From: Spirochaetia bacterium
GTDB taxonomy: Bacteria > Spirochaetota > Spirochaetia > CADAEX01
Length of the DNA: 60,356 bases
Assembly (NCBI GenBank): GCA_963662265.2
Contig: CAXXHA010000005.1
Span: 1 to 60,356 of the forward strand
Direction of reading: 5' to 3'
The notes under the pieces were generated by a model. That model saw only the letters and a program-made list of their open reading frames with translations. It was not told the DNA's origin and did no database searches. The translations under genes and the position numbers were made by a program. Of this stretch, positions 1-10,912 are shown one piece after another. How positions within the stretch are numbered: position 1 is the first letter of the stretch; every line of letters begins with the position of its first letter.

Positions 1-217
1 CTTAAACAGCGGACTTTCCTATAAATGCAGTACTAAACTGTTTGAAGAAAACAGTTACAACACACGTGATGAGGCCTGGAAGAATATGCCTACTCTTACA
101 GCATGGATGCGATTAAAAACGGAGATATAACATTTTTAGCTGAGGCTAAACAGATAACTACCGTGTTCAAGATTGAAATATCTTTTCAAGAAAAACTTTC
201 TAAAAACCATTTCAAGA

Positions 218-1510
218 TCAGGAGTCCCCTATTTCCTGAAGATCATAATATACCCTTGTCGAAGGCTTGTTTATTTTAATGAGTCGGCTCAGGTCTATTG
301 GTGTTGCTATTATTACTGAATCGCATTCTGTATTGTTTATTGTCTTTTTCAAGATCTTTAAGCTGTTCAAGTCCGTAACCCATTGCAGGCAGAACTTTAC
401 CTGTTTCAGGATATGTTTTAAATACATCCATTATCCTGCCAACTGCATAGTGCCTCGGGTCTACAACAGATAATGCACCGTATTTTCCGGCTGCTACTGT
501 GCCTGCACCGAATCTCATATTTCCGTGTGTCATTGTTGGTCCATCCTCTATTACAAGCACATTTTTACCCCTTATTATATCAGGTTCATCAGCATATACA
601 GGGGAAGCCGCATCTATTACAACAGCTTCCGGGTTAACCTTTGCAATATTGTTTCTGAGTATCTGTATCTGGTCAGAATCTGATGAATCAATTTTGTTAA
701 TAATTACAGCATCAGCGATTCTCAGGGTTATTTCTCCCGGATAGTATGAAATTTCATCTCCTGCCCTGTGCGGATCTGAAACAGTTATCATGAGATCCGG
801 CCTGTAAAAAGGAAAATCATTGTTTCCCCCGTCCCATAGAATAATATCGCATCCGTCGGGATCATTTTCTGCACTTTCCAGTATTTCACCGTAGTCTGTT
901 CCTGCATATATGACAGTATTATTAACAATATGAGGTTCATATTCCTCAATTTCCTCAACAGTGCAGTTGTATTTTTTCCAGATCAGACAGAGCCCTGAAA
1001 CGCTGTACTTTCTGTGTCTTCAGGTTCCCGTACGGCATGGGATGGCGTACTGCGACAACTTTAATGTTCCGGCTGCTGAGTATTTCTATTATTTTTCTTG
1101 ATGTCTGGCTCTTTCCGCATCCAGTTCTTACAGCACCTACAGCAATAACAGGCTTTCTGCTTTTAATCATTGTTTCATTCAGCCCCAGAAGCATGAAGTT
1201 GGCACCTGCTGCTTCAACTTCAGCTCCAATCCTCATAACATGTTTATATGAAACATCGCTGTATGAAAAAACGCAGTCATGGATTTCAAGGGTTTTAATA
1301 AGGTAAGTCAATTCACTTTCACTATAAATCGGAATGCCTGTAGGGTAAAGATCACCGGACAACTCCGGTGGATACTCACGTCCATCTATGTCAGGGATCT
1401 GCGCAGCGGTAAAAGCCTTTACCCTGTAATTACTGTTGTTTCTAAAAAAAAACATTGAAATTATGAAAATCCCTTCCTGCAGCTCCAAGGATAATAACGT
1501 TTCTTGTCAT
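218..1510 (-). pseudogene. Cyclic 2,3-diphosphoglycerate synthetase-like P-loop NTPase, split into several frames
   Basis: Start at 1510 reads MTRNVIILGAAGRDFHNFN; later fragments contain AVRTGCGKSQT (Walker A), RHPMPYG, EDGPTMTHG and ATPIDLSRL. At least 3 frameshifts, possibly sequencing errors. Confidence 0.75.
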
Positions 1511-1583
1511 ATAATAAAAACTCCTCTATTAAAGAATTCTTATTTTAATTATATGATATTATTTTAATGAATTCTAAATATTT

Positions 1584-2247
1584 TCATCTGCAGTAAGGCC
1601 TGTCAAATCTTTTGCGGTATGCCTTGTTTTTTTTCAGGTTCATGTTCCAGTAGAAATTCGTAATCCCGGTTATACTCAGAAGTTTGAAAATAATTATTCT
1701 TGACTTACTAAGCTTATAAGGCTTCCTGATTTCATTATTTATATATTGTGAAAAGACGTAATTCCCCGCATAATGTTCCCCCAGAGCCCTTAACCTTCTG
1801 AAAAGTTTTTCTGTCATTACAGCTGGCATTAATCTGATCCCTTCAGATCCTCCCCTGATAACTGTGCCGGAATACTCAAGATTCATCCGCTTTGTCAGCT
1901 TCTCAAGATATTTTTCAACATAAAGTGAGTGGACAGATTCCGGAAATCCAGACTGTACTATAAAACCGATCTTCCTTGTTTTTTCTGTTTCAAGATTATA
2001 CACCTGTTCAATAAATTCCTTTACTATACCAGGCATTGAATCTGTATAAAGGGGAAAGACAATTATAACATTTTCAGAATCGGAAAAAAGCATTTATTCT
2101 CTCTTCAGACTTGTTTCTTTCAGCAATATTTAAAACCGGCACTTCTTCACTTTTGTGTTTTTTGTATCCTGAAAGAAATTGATCTATAATTACAGCGGAA
2201 TTGCTTTTTTTGTTCCTCGGAGAACCGTTAAATATTGCAAGTTTCAT
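1584..2247 (-). pseudogene. Flavodoxin-fold NAD(P)H-dependent oxidoreductase with one frameshift near 2090
   Basis: ATG at 2247 gives MKLAIFNGSPRNKKSNS; continues in ORF 1584-2093 (FPLYTDSMPG). Overlaps the upstream paralog. Confidence 0.7.
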
Positions 2248-2779
2248 AAACAATCTCCTCTATGCTGCAGAGATCATTGAATTTAAGATAACGAACACGG
2301 CTGTGAAAGTTTACTGCAAACCTGTCATAAATATCTCCTGTAATTTTTATATCTTCGTTATCTGTATCTTTTTCTTTCTCAAGCAGCAGACCGATATCAG
2401 GATATTTATCATAACGTTTTAAATGATGGCATTCACTGTTAATTATCTTTATATAAGGATGAAGAAGCACAATAAGCCGGTCAGTTATTTTTTTGAGAGA
2501 AGAACTTGTAAAACCTGCTATCAGTGGGGATGCGAAAATTACAAAATCAGAATTAATAAAAGATTCGAAGATTTTACCTGCATCATCGTTGATAGCACAC
2601 AGGCCGGGAGTCTTCCACCAGCAGCTCCAGCAACCGGTACAGAAATGAAGATCCATTTTATTCAGATTATAGAGTATACATGAATTATCTTCATTGAGTT
2701 TTAAATTAAGATTTTCAAGATACTCCTGGAATTCACTCTTACCGGGATTCATATCTCCGTTTAAAATTGTTATTTTCAT
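2228..2779 (-). CDS. Iron-sulfur flavoprotein / flavodoxin family protein
   Basis: CxGCxxCW...C..DD motif and FASP. Confidence 0.8.
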   Translation of the reverse strand: MKITILNGDMNPGKSEFQEYLENLNLKLNEDNSCILYNLNKMDLHFCTGCWSCWWKTPGLCAINDDAGKIFESFINSDFVIFASPLIAGFTSSSLKKITDRLIVLLHPYIKIINSECHHLKRYDKYPDIGLLLEKEKDTDNEDIKITGDIYDRFAVNFHSRVRYLKFNDLCSIEEIVYETCNI

Positions 2780-2851
2780 AATTGGACCATTTTATAATTA
2801 TTTTGCAGTTTCATATAAAAATAATATATGTGATATAGAAAAACATTGATG

Positions 2852-4010
2852 TTACAAATAAGCATTTATTCTGTTGAAAATAATACCATGAATATTTATA
2901 AAGCAGTTTACTATATCAGGATCAAACTGTGTTCCTGATCCATCCCTGATTATTTTAAAAGCTTCTTCATGTTTCATTGCTTTTTTGTATGGCCTGTTGC
3001 ATATAAGAGCATCATATACATCTGCTACAGCTACAGTTCTTGCTGAAAGAGGTATTTTAAGGCCTGAAAGTTTATAAGGATAACCTTTTCCGTCCCATCT
3101 CTCATGGTGATGCCTTGCAATTTCAATTGCAAGGTCAAAAATACGGTTTTCTTCTATTTTCGCATGAGCATCTTCAAGTATCCTTGCCCCTTCAGTTGTA
3201 TGTTTTTTAATCTGTTCATATTCCTCTACTGTCAGTCTGTCCGGTTTCAGGAGTATATTGTCCTTGACTCCTATTTTACCGATATCATGCATTGTTGATG
3301 CTATTTTCATATCCCTTATATAAGGCTCTGTAATATAACCGGAATATGAATGTTTTTTCTTTAGTTCGTAAAGGAGAAGTTCAAGAATCAATCCTACCCT
3401 GTCCAGATGGCAGTGAGTATCGTTATCCTTAAGCTCAACTATGTGACCAAGTAATTTCAGTGTAGAGTTGTATGATGCTTTTATTGATCTGTTTTTAAGT
3501 TCCTCGGATTTTTTCAGCAGTTCCAGATTAAATATCTCAAGAATAATAAATAATATAATACATCCGAAAAGTGCAATAAAATACTTGTTATTGAAATAGT
3601 AATTGTACTGCATATCCAGAAAATAAATTAAATAAACAGCAAAAAGCGTAATCAATCCGTAATTGATTATTATTTTCTTCTGCATTGAAAGGGCAGCTAT
3701 CAGAACAGCTGTCAGAATAATAAAATTATGCCTGTACATACCTGGTTTTACGATATTCATGGAAAACTATATATAATATTACAAGCCAGATCATTAAATG
3801 ATTTGCAGTTTTTAATAAACCTTTCCTTGAAGTAATATATACAGCAAATGCGGAAATATTTGCTGCACACATAATAATTTCCACTGCAACCGGATTGTTG
3901 AAAAAAATTAAATGTATAATATTTGCCGATGTAAAAACAAAGAATACTGTTAAATATATTTTAGATGACTGTTTCGCAGCATACATAATAAATTCTAAAG
4001 ACGAATTCAT
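2852..4010 (-). pseudogene. Membrane-anchored HD-GYP phosphodiesterase, frameshift near 3760
   Basis: HDIGK and HHERWDGKGYP motifs; hydrophobic N-terminus split between ORFs 3726-4010 and 2852-3760. Confidence 0.8.
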
Positions 4011-4333
4011 ATATACACTCTCCCTTAAAATATTTTAAATTTTAAAAGTTTAACCAAGTATATTATTAGTATTCTTCCTGACTTAAGAAAAATCAATGTC
4101 TAATGGATATAAAACAGTGTTTTTTACTTTCCAGAGAACTTTACGTTTATTGACATATGTTTTATACAGTTGATTATTATATTTTATAAACACCCATTTA
4201 TGCCCGTTTGATTGCAGCATGTTGCAAAATATCAGCTTGTAACCAAGCTGAAAACGAGTTTATAAACATGAAAACCTCTGACCATTCAAGTTCCATAATA
4301 ATGATGTGAGAATGATCAGATAATTATTAATTA

Positions 4334-5080
4334 TCAGGAAAAATACATCTCATGTGTTTCCCCTGTTCCGTAACCTTCAATATCTTCCGGCTGTATTCCC
4401 CTGCCAGTCAGGGCAGATTCAACAATCCTCCTGTTGAAAGGATGTGTATCGGGAGAACTAAGGAATTCATCAAGAGGTATCCATCTTGCTTCTTCAACTT
4501 CGCCTGAATCCATTTTTATTTCTAAATTCAGAGGTTTCAGCCTGCAGACAAAATAAAAATCAGACTTTCCAAACCTGTAGCCGTGCCAGTGCCTCAGGCA
4601 TGAAAGATACTGGAATTCAGATTTTATTCCCGTTTCTTCAAAAACCTCCCTGCAGACAGCATCCTTGATATGCTCTCCCCTGTTGAGTGTACCTCCGGGA
4701 AGCTTGTAATGCTTTTTAACGTAATTTCTGTATTTTTCAACTACAACAAGGAGGTTGTTATTCTCATCAATCACAACCCCTCCAGCCCCGGCATAATGTG
4801 TTGCGTAAGGCGGTATAAATGATTTAGCAATCAGCATGAGAGTAAGCTCTATATAGGATTTTTCAGCATGATGATATATAAAACCTGACTGGACAGCAGG
4901 GTGAACAAGAAATGATTTTTCTATCGGAACAGATAACCAGACAACTTTGATATTGTCATTTTCAAGTAAACTGATTGTTTCTGCCAGCTTTGATTTAAAA
5001 TCGTTTTCATTGTCAGGAAGAGAATCAGCATTTATTACTGCTCCTCCGAAGTTGTTGAGTTCATATTCAAGTGTATTCAT
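4334..5080 (-). CDS. Nudix hydrolase
   Basis: Nudix box GGTLNRGEHIKDAVCREVFEETG. Confidence 0.9.
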   Translation of the reverse strand: MNTLEYELNNFGGAVINADSLPDNENDFKSKLAETISLLENDNIKVVWLSVPIEKSFLVHPAVQSGFIYHHAEKSYIELTLMLIAKSFIPPYATHYAGAGGVVIDENNNLLVVVEKYRNYVKKHYKLPGGTLNRGEHIKDAVCREVFEETGIKSEFQYLSCLRHWHGYRFGKSDFYFVCRLKPLNLEIKMDSGEVEEARWIPLDEFLSSPDTHPFNRRIVESALTGRGIQPEDIEGYGTGETHEMYFS

Positions 5081-5221
5081 GATGATTAATGCTACATTTT
5101 AATGAAGTTTCATTCAAGAAGTTTAACAGCAATATATTTCACGTAAGATCTTCTGCATTTTAAAACTTGAAAACAGCAGAAAAATATTCTTAAGGATGCA
5201 TATATTAAAACAGAAGACATT

Positions 5222-5257
5222 AAAAAAGCCTTTCTGCCAGCAATAGACAGAAAGGCT
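5222..5257 (-). terminator. Intrinsic terminator after the NCS2 permease
   Basis: agcctttctg...cagaaaggct stem followed by T6 on the minus strand. Confidence 0.8.
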
Positions 5258-5279
5258 CATTATCATATTATGAATAAAA

Positions 5280-6563
5280 CTACATAATATATTTAAGAAG
5301 AAAAAGAATGCCTACAACATAAGTTACAACATGAACTTCTTTTGATCTGCCTGTCAGGACTTTAAGAGCAAGATATGAAAGCATTCCGAACATTATACCT
5401 TCTGCAATACTGTATGCGAGAGGCATCATTATTATAGTAAGGAAAGCTGGTATTGATTCTGTAAAATCCTCAAGTTCCATTTCCTTAATAGGAGAAACCA
5501 TGAAAAGCCCTACAAGGACAAGAACCGGAGCTGTTGCAGCGCCTGGAATCATCAGGAAAAGAGGAGAAAGAAAGAGAGCAACAATAAAGAGCACTGCTGT
5601 TGTAAGGGCTGTAAGTCCTGTCTTGCCCCCTTCAGCAACACCTGAAGCACTTTCCACATAAGTTGTTACAGTACTTGTTCCAAGACATGCACCTGCTGTT
5701 GTACCGATAGCATCGGCAAAGAGAGCTGCCTTTACCTTTGGAATGTTTCCTTTTTCATCCAGAAGTCCTGCTTTTGTAGATACACCGATAAGTGTTCCGA
5801 CTGTATCAAACATATCAACAAACAGGAAAGTAAAAAGAATGACAAGCATGTCGAATGAGAATATCTGGCTGAAATCAAATTTGAACATTATCGGGGCAAG
5901 AGATGGCGGTGCCCAGTTGCCGGATGGCGCAGATGTCAGCCCCATTGGGAATCCGATTATTGTTGTTGCAGCTATTCCAAGGAGTAAGGCTCCCCTTACC
6001 TTGAAAACCAGTAAAATACCTGTAATAACAATACCGATGATAGCAAGAAGAGGTGCTCCTGAAGTAATTTCACCAAGTCCAACCTTGGTTGCTTCGTTAG
6101 CAACAATTATTCCTGAGTTCTGAAGACCTATAAATGCTATAAAAAGACCGATTCCGACAGAAATAGCTTTTTTAATATTTGCAGGTATTGAATTGACTAT
6201 TGCCTCACGAACATTGAAAATCGTAAGAATAAGAAAAATAATACCTTCAATAAAGACAGCAGTAAGAGCCATCTGCCATGAGTATCCCATACTGAGTACT
6301 ACAGCATACGCAAAAAAAGCATTAAGTCCCATTCCCGGTGCCAGGGCGAAAGGGAGGTTTGCCAGCAGAGCCATTACAAGTGTGGCAAGTGCAGATGCTA
6401 TGGCTGTTGCAGTAAATACAGCACCGAAATCCATTCCAGCATCAGAAAGAATAAGCGGATTTACTACAAGAATGTAAGCCATAGTCATAAAAGTAGTAAT
6501 TCCGGCAAGGACTTCTACTCTTACACTTGTACCATGTTCTTTGAGTTTAAAGAATTTTTCCAT
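5280..6563 (-). CDS. NCS2/AzgA-family purine permease
   Basis: AGITTFMTMAYI, APGMGLNAFF, FDTVGT and YVESASG motifs. Confidence 0.92.
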   Translation of the reverse strand: MEKFFKLKEHGTSVRVEVLAGITTFMTMAYILVVNPLILSDAGMDFGAVFTATAIASALATLVMALLANLPFALAPGMGLNAFFAYAVVLSMGYSWQMALTAVFIEGIIFLILTIFNVREAIVNSIPANIKKAISVGIGLFIAFIGLQNSGIIVANEATKVGLGEITSGAPLLAIIGIVITGILLVFKVRGALLLGIAATTIIGFPMGLTSAPSGNWAPPSLAPIMFKFDFSQIFSFDMLVILFTFLFVDMFDTVGTLIGVSTKAGLLDEKGNIPKVKAALFADAIGTTAGACLGTSTVTTYVESASGVAEGGKTGLTALTTAVLFIVALFLSPLFLMIPGAATAPVLVLVGLFMVSPIKEMELEDFTESIPAFLTIIMMPLAYSIAEGIMFGMLSYLALKVLTGRSKEVHVVTYVVGILFLLKYIM

Positions 6564-6693
6564 GTTTTTTATCCTTTTTTAAAGTTTTGATTTATAATTT
6601 TAAACTTGAAATGTACAAAATACAAGTTAGTGTTATCTGCATTTTAAATAAAGTTTTCAGGCTGCGGGGAAAGTTATATGAAGTTGTTAAATT

Positions 6694-7194
6694 TCAAACC
6701 CTGGCAAAAAGAATCATGTAGTTGTGCTTGTATTTTTCAGCACATTTCGGGCAATAGGCATAATGGACAAAATAATCTTTTGCTTTTTTGTTTTCTCCTG
6801 CAAGATACCTGTCCATTTCCTTCATAAATACAGGCACCTTGTTATACGGTCCGTCAAAAACACCTGCCACAAAAGTTCCTGATATAGGATAATTATCAGC
6901 CCCTTCAACATTCTTTGTTACAGAATAGTATATTTCAGATTTAAAAGCTGTAGGGTCATGAAACAGTATAAGCATTTCTGCATCATCTTCCAGATTTGCA
7001 TCAGCCTCATCTGCGAGGTGTATCATTTTAATCATTTTCTTTGAAATCATGGGTATAAACGGGATATGGAAAAATGCGGGAATGCTTTCCCTGATAAAAA
7101 GCTTGTTTTCCCAGTTATATGTTTTTTTGTCCCATTTTTTCGGATTAAAAATTGGACAGCATTCATTTACATCTTTACTCATGTGGACCTCCAT
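6694..7194 (-). CDS. Conserved hypothetical protein, possibly GyrI-like
   Basis: Clean ORF with FDGPY and YAYCPKCA; start may be 7182. Confidence 0.55.
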   Translation of the reverse strand: MEVHMSKDVNECCPIFNPKKWDKKTYNWENKLFIRESIPAFFHIPFIPMISKKMIKMIHLADEADANLEDDAEMLILFHDPTAFKSEIYYSVTKNVEGADNYPISGTFVAGVFDGPYNKVPVFMKEMDRYLAGENKKAKDYFVHYAYCPKCAEKYKHNYMILFARV

Positions 7195-7306
7195 AAATAA
7201 TATACTTTTTTAATTCATTATTAATATTTTAGATGCACATTGGTAATTTTTCAAAAAATGTGTCAAAGTTTTTATCAGAACATGGTTTAAAAAGTATATA
7301 TTTATG

Positions 7307-8842
7307 CTATTTAAGGCCGTGAACCCCTGTACCCAGTATATCAGATGCATTCTTTTTATATTCATAATAAAGTTCGCTGAGTTTCTGTACCTTTTTCATT
7401 ATTTCATCCGGCTTAGTCCCGTCTTTAAAATCACGGATAACCCCGTCATATTTAAGTATTCTTCCCCCTGCGACAACTGTAACTACTTCAGACCCGTCAG
7501 CTGCCCAGATAATATTTTCAACAACATTATCAATCCTTGTCGGAACCAGGTTGGGCCTGCCAAGATCAAGCAGTATGAAATCCGCCTGTTTCCCCGGGGA
7601 AAGCTCTCCCAGGTTTTTTCTTAAAATAGATGCAGGAACAGATGTAATCATTTCAAGAAGTTTTTCAGACTTTAAAAGCGATGCATCCCTGTTAAACGCT
7701 TTCTGGTACTGAGCTGCCGCCCTGGCAGCAGCAATAATATTCTGATTATCTGAAGATCCTGAACCATCAGTGGAAATTGCTACAGGTATCCCCTTTTCAA
7801 TCATTTCAATAACAGGCGGCATTCCGGATCCCAGAATGGTATTTGCAAGAGGATTATGTATTATTTTTGCACCGGTTTCTGCCAGTATTGTAAGATCCTC
7901 ATCTATACAGTTCACCTGGTGGGCAAGCACAGTATTTTCATCCAGAATGCCTATGGAATGAGCATACTGGACAGGACTCATTCCAGGCTCTATTTTTTCC
8001 TTAAACCACGCTGTTGTTTCCGGTTCTTCAGAGCTGTGTATATGAAAAAGTGTGTTGTTTTCCCTTGCCCATTTTTTAAGAGGAACGAGGAGTTTCCTGC
8101 TGTTTGAAAAAAGCTGATCCGGTCCCGGGCAGAATATAGTTTTTTCCAGCCCTTTTAAGGAAGTTGCATCTTCAAGCCTTTTGATTGCATCTTCGGGAGT
8201 ATCCAGAAGCTTTTCATAGTAAAACCTGTCCTGGCTTCCAAGCGCAACAATCATTGAAGTGCCGGCAGCCTCATTTGCCCGGGCAATTTCAGATGCATGA
8301 TACTTACTGTTGTTGCAGTGGTGAACCATGCAAGCTGTAATTCCGTAGTTTATATCGCAGACCCTTGCCATGTAATAGGTAACAAGCTGCGGTGACATTC
8401 CGAGGATCTCATTCAGATCCCTGTCATACTTATTGATATATTCCGTAAATGGATTCACAGCCATATCCAGCCATTCTGTAAGTTTTACATCTTTTGCAAT
8501 ACCGATAATAGGCTGCTCATGATCATGTCCGTGAGCTTTAACAAATCCGGGAAGCATTACAGCGTTGCTGAGTGGAATTTCAAAATCTGCAGATGAACTT
8601 TTCCTTTTATCATAGCCTATGATATTTAATTTTCTGCCGTATTTCCTTATAAGGGACTCCCCTTTTTCCTTTGTAAACTGCCCTGCTTCTAGAATTGTTT
8701 CACCTTTTGTAAGTATGTATCCGTCTTCGATTCTCCTTCCCCTGTCAGGTTCAGACACTGGAATCAGAAACCGGCTTCTGCATAAAATCATATTTTTTTC
8801 AGACATGTATTCCCTTCTTTTGACTGCAACGATGTTATACAA
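7307..8842 (-). CDS. Amidohydrolase-family nucleobase/nucleoside deaminase
   Basis: PGFVKAHGH, HIHSSE, LAH and STDGSGS metal-ligand motifs; near a purine permease. Confidence 0.85.
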   Translation of the reverse strand: MYNIVAVKRREYMSEKNMILCRSRFLIPVSEPDRGRRIEDGYILTKGETILEAGQFTKEKGESLIRKYGRKLNIIGYDKRKSSSADFEIPLSNAVMLPGFVKAHGHDHEQPIIGIAKDVKLTEWLDMAVNPFTEYINKYDRDLNEILGMSPQLVTYYMARVCDINYGITACMVHHCNNSKYHASEIARANEAAGTSMIVALGSQDRFYYEKLLDTPEDAIKRLEDATSLKGLEKTIFCPGPDQLFSNSRKLLVPLKKWARENNTLFHIHSSEEPETTAWFKEKIEPGMSPVQYAHSIGILDENTVLAHQVNCIDEDLTILAETGAKIIHNPLANTILGSGMPPVIEMIEKGIPVAISTDGSGSSDNQNIIAAARAAAQYQKAFNRDASLLKSEKLLEMITSVPASILRKNLGELSPGKQADFILLDLGRPNLVPTRIDNVVENIIWAADGSEVVTVVAGGRILKYDGVIRDFKDGTKPDEIMKKVQKLSELYYEYKKNASDILGTGVHGLK

Positions 8843-8928
8843 ATTGTAAAGTTTTAATAAGCAAAGATCAAAAAAAACATATTAATATATTTGACATTGA
8901 TATTATTTATTCATATTCTTGAATATAT

Positions 8929-9738
8929 ATGAAGATGAAAATAATAATTCTGATATTTGTTACTCTTTTATTAAACAACAGTATCTATGCTGCTGAAATT
9001 ACTCTTCATATACCTATCCTTGCTGAAAATAAACTTCAACATCAGTATTTCCATGAACTCTTAAAAACTGCACTGGAAGAAGATGGGCATAAAGTAGAAC
9101 TGATTACAGAAACACTCCCCCAGAAAAGAATATATTCTTACCTTGATGAAGGCCATATTTCAATCTACTGGCTTCTTAAATCGGAATACAGGGACAGCCA
9201 ATATATACCTGTTGATGGATCTCTAACAGATGGTTTAATTGGTAAAAGAATCCTCTTTATAAGGAAAGAAGACCAGGAAGTATACAGCAGTATAAAAAAT
9301 CTTGAAGATTTCAGAAACCTCAATTCGCTTGGATACCTTGGAAACGGATGGTTTGATGTAAAAGTCTGGAAGGAAAACAAACTCCGATATTATGAGATTT
9401 CCGGTAACTGGCAGAAAATATTCAGTATGGTTCTGCATGGAAGGGAACAAAATTATTTTCCCAGGGGATTAAATGAAATTATTACAGAATCAAAGACTTA
9501 CCCGGAACTGGCGATAGAGAAAAACCTAGTTTTAATCTATGACAGGGATTTCTGCTTTTATTTAAGCAAAACAGGAAAGAATGCCGGAGCAAAATACAGC
9601 GATATAATAACAAAATCACTTAAAAAAGCTTCGAGGAATGGACTTATAGACAAACTGGTTCAGAAATACTGGGGAAATGATTTGAAAGAACTTAATTACA
9701 GTAAAAGAACAAAGATTTATTTAAAAACACCGGAATAA
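8929..9738 (+). CDS. Periplasmic substrate-binding-fold protein
   Basis: Signal peptide, GLIGKR and YFPRG motifs. Confidence 0.65.
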   Translation: MKMKIIILIFVTLLLNNSIYAAEITLHIPILAENKLQHQYFHELLKTALEEDGHKVELITETLPQKRIYSYLDEGHISIYWLLKSEYRDSQYIPVDGSLTDGLIGKRILFIRKEDQEVYSSIKNLEDFRNLNSLGYLGNGWFDVKVWKENKLRYYEISGNWQKIFSMVLHGREQNYFPRGLNEIITESKTYPELAIEKNLVLIYDRDFCFYLSKTGKNAGAKYSDIITKSLKKASRNGLIDKLVQKYWGNDLKELNYSKRTKIYLKTPE

Positions 9739-9751
9739 AGTATCAGAACTT

Positions 9752-10672
9752 TTATTTCAAAGAAAGGCATGACTTTTTAGGTTCATAATTTGCACAGAGA
9801 ATTCCGCTTACAATCAGAACAGCACAGTACAAATGATTTACAGTTATCGGTTCTCCAAGAAAAAAGTACGCAGAAATACCGCTGAAAAGAGGAAGTGTAT
9901 AGTAGATCATTCCTGCTTTTGAAGCTCCTATTTTAATAATAGCCCTGTTCCACATAATAAAGGCAACAAGTGATGCAAGGATCCCTGCATAGAGAATTGA
10001 AACAACTGTTCTTGCATCAAATATAACAGGAGGATTATTCACCCTGTCCATGATAAAAAACGGTAAAAGAAAAACAAGTCCGATAATAAATGTGACTGAC
10101 TGGAGTGATATAATGCTCATTTCTTCAGGTTTACGTCTTATAAGAATGCTGTAAACTGCAAAAGTAACTGATGCAGTTAGCATCCATATATCCCCCACAG
10201 CAAAAGATATTTTAAAAAGGCTGTAAATATCACCACCTGTAATAAGGAGAATTACCCCTGTTATAACCAGAATTATGCCGAAAAACCTGTGCAGAGTTAT
10301 TCTCTCCCTGAACATAAAACGTGAAATAATGACTATAAAAACGGGAAAAGTTATCGATATCAGGGAAAGGTTAATAGCAGTTGTGGTGTGACTCGCATAG
10401 TAGATAAGTGTATTGAATACTGTAATTCCCAGTAAAGATGTGACTGCCAGATAGACAATGTTTTTACGAAGTATTGCTTTCTGCCTTATTATTGTCTTTA
10501 AGGAAAACGGAAGGAAAATAACTGCAGCAACCAGCCACCTTGAAAATGAAAGACTGACAGGAGTCATTGTTTCCGCCATATCCCGGGCAATAATAAAATT
10601 CCCCGACCATATTACTGTTGCGCAGACTGCAAAAAGATAACCTGAAAATGCCCGGGAATTTTTATTTTTCAA
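9752..10672 (-). CDS. DMT/EamA family transporter
   Basis: About 10 TM helices, IWSGNF, two-fold internal repeat. Confidence 0.9.
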   Translation of the reverse strand: MKNKNSRAFSGYLFAVCATVIWSGNFIIARDMAETMTPVSLSFSRWLVAAVIFLPFSLKTIIRQKAILRKNIVYLAVTSLLGITVFNTLIYYASHTTTAINLSLISITFPVFIVIISRFMFRERITLHRFFGIILVITGVILLITGGDIYSLFKISFAVGDIWMLTASVTFAVYSILIRRKPEEMSIISLQSVTFIIGLVFLLPFFIMDRVNNPPVIFDARTVVSILYAGILASLVAFIMWNRAIIKIGASKAGMIYYTLPLFSGISAYFFLGEPITVNHLYCAVLIVSGILCANYEPKKSCLSLK

Positions 10673-10912
10673 TTACAATGCTCCTGATTTCAGAATAGGC
10701 TTTTCAATTTTAACATGAGTTTATTAAATATTTCCTAAAAATTATTTCCTGATATTAAAATAAACAATGACCTGTTATGCGGTAAAAATACTAACCATAA
10801 GTCATACAGGGGAACATGCCCAAGTACGGTTTTTATGTTAAGATTAAACTGAACATTATTAAAATAAATTACTGACTGGACTTAATCCGGTGAAATTGGA
10901 GATAAAAACGCA

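Noticed and set aside
6564-6693. Purine riboswitch upstream of the NCS2 permease
   Set aside because: Conserved aptamer core and helices not found.
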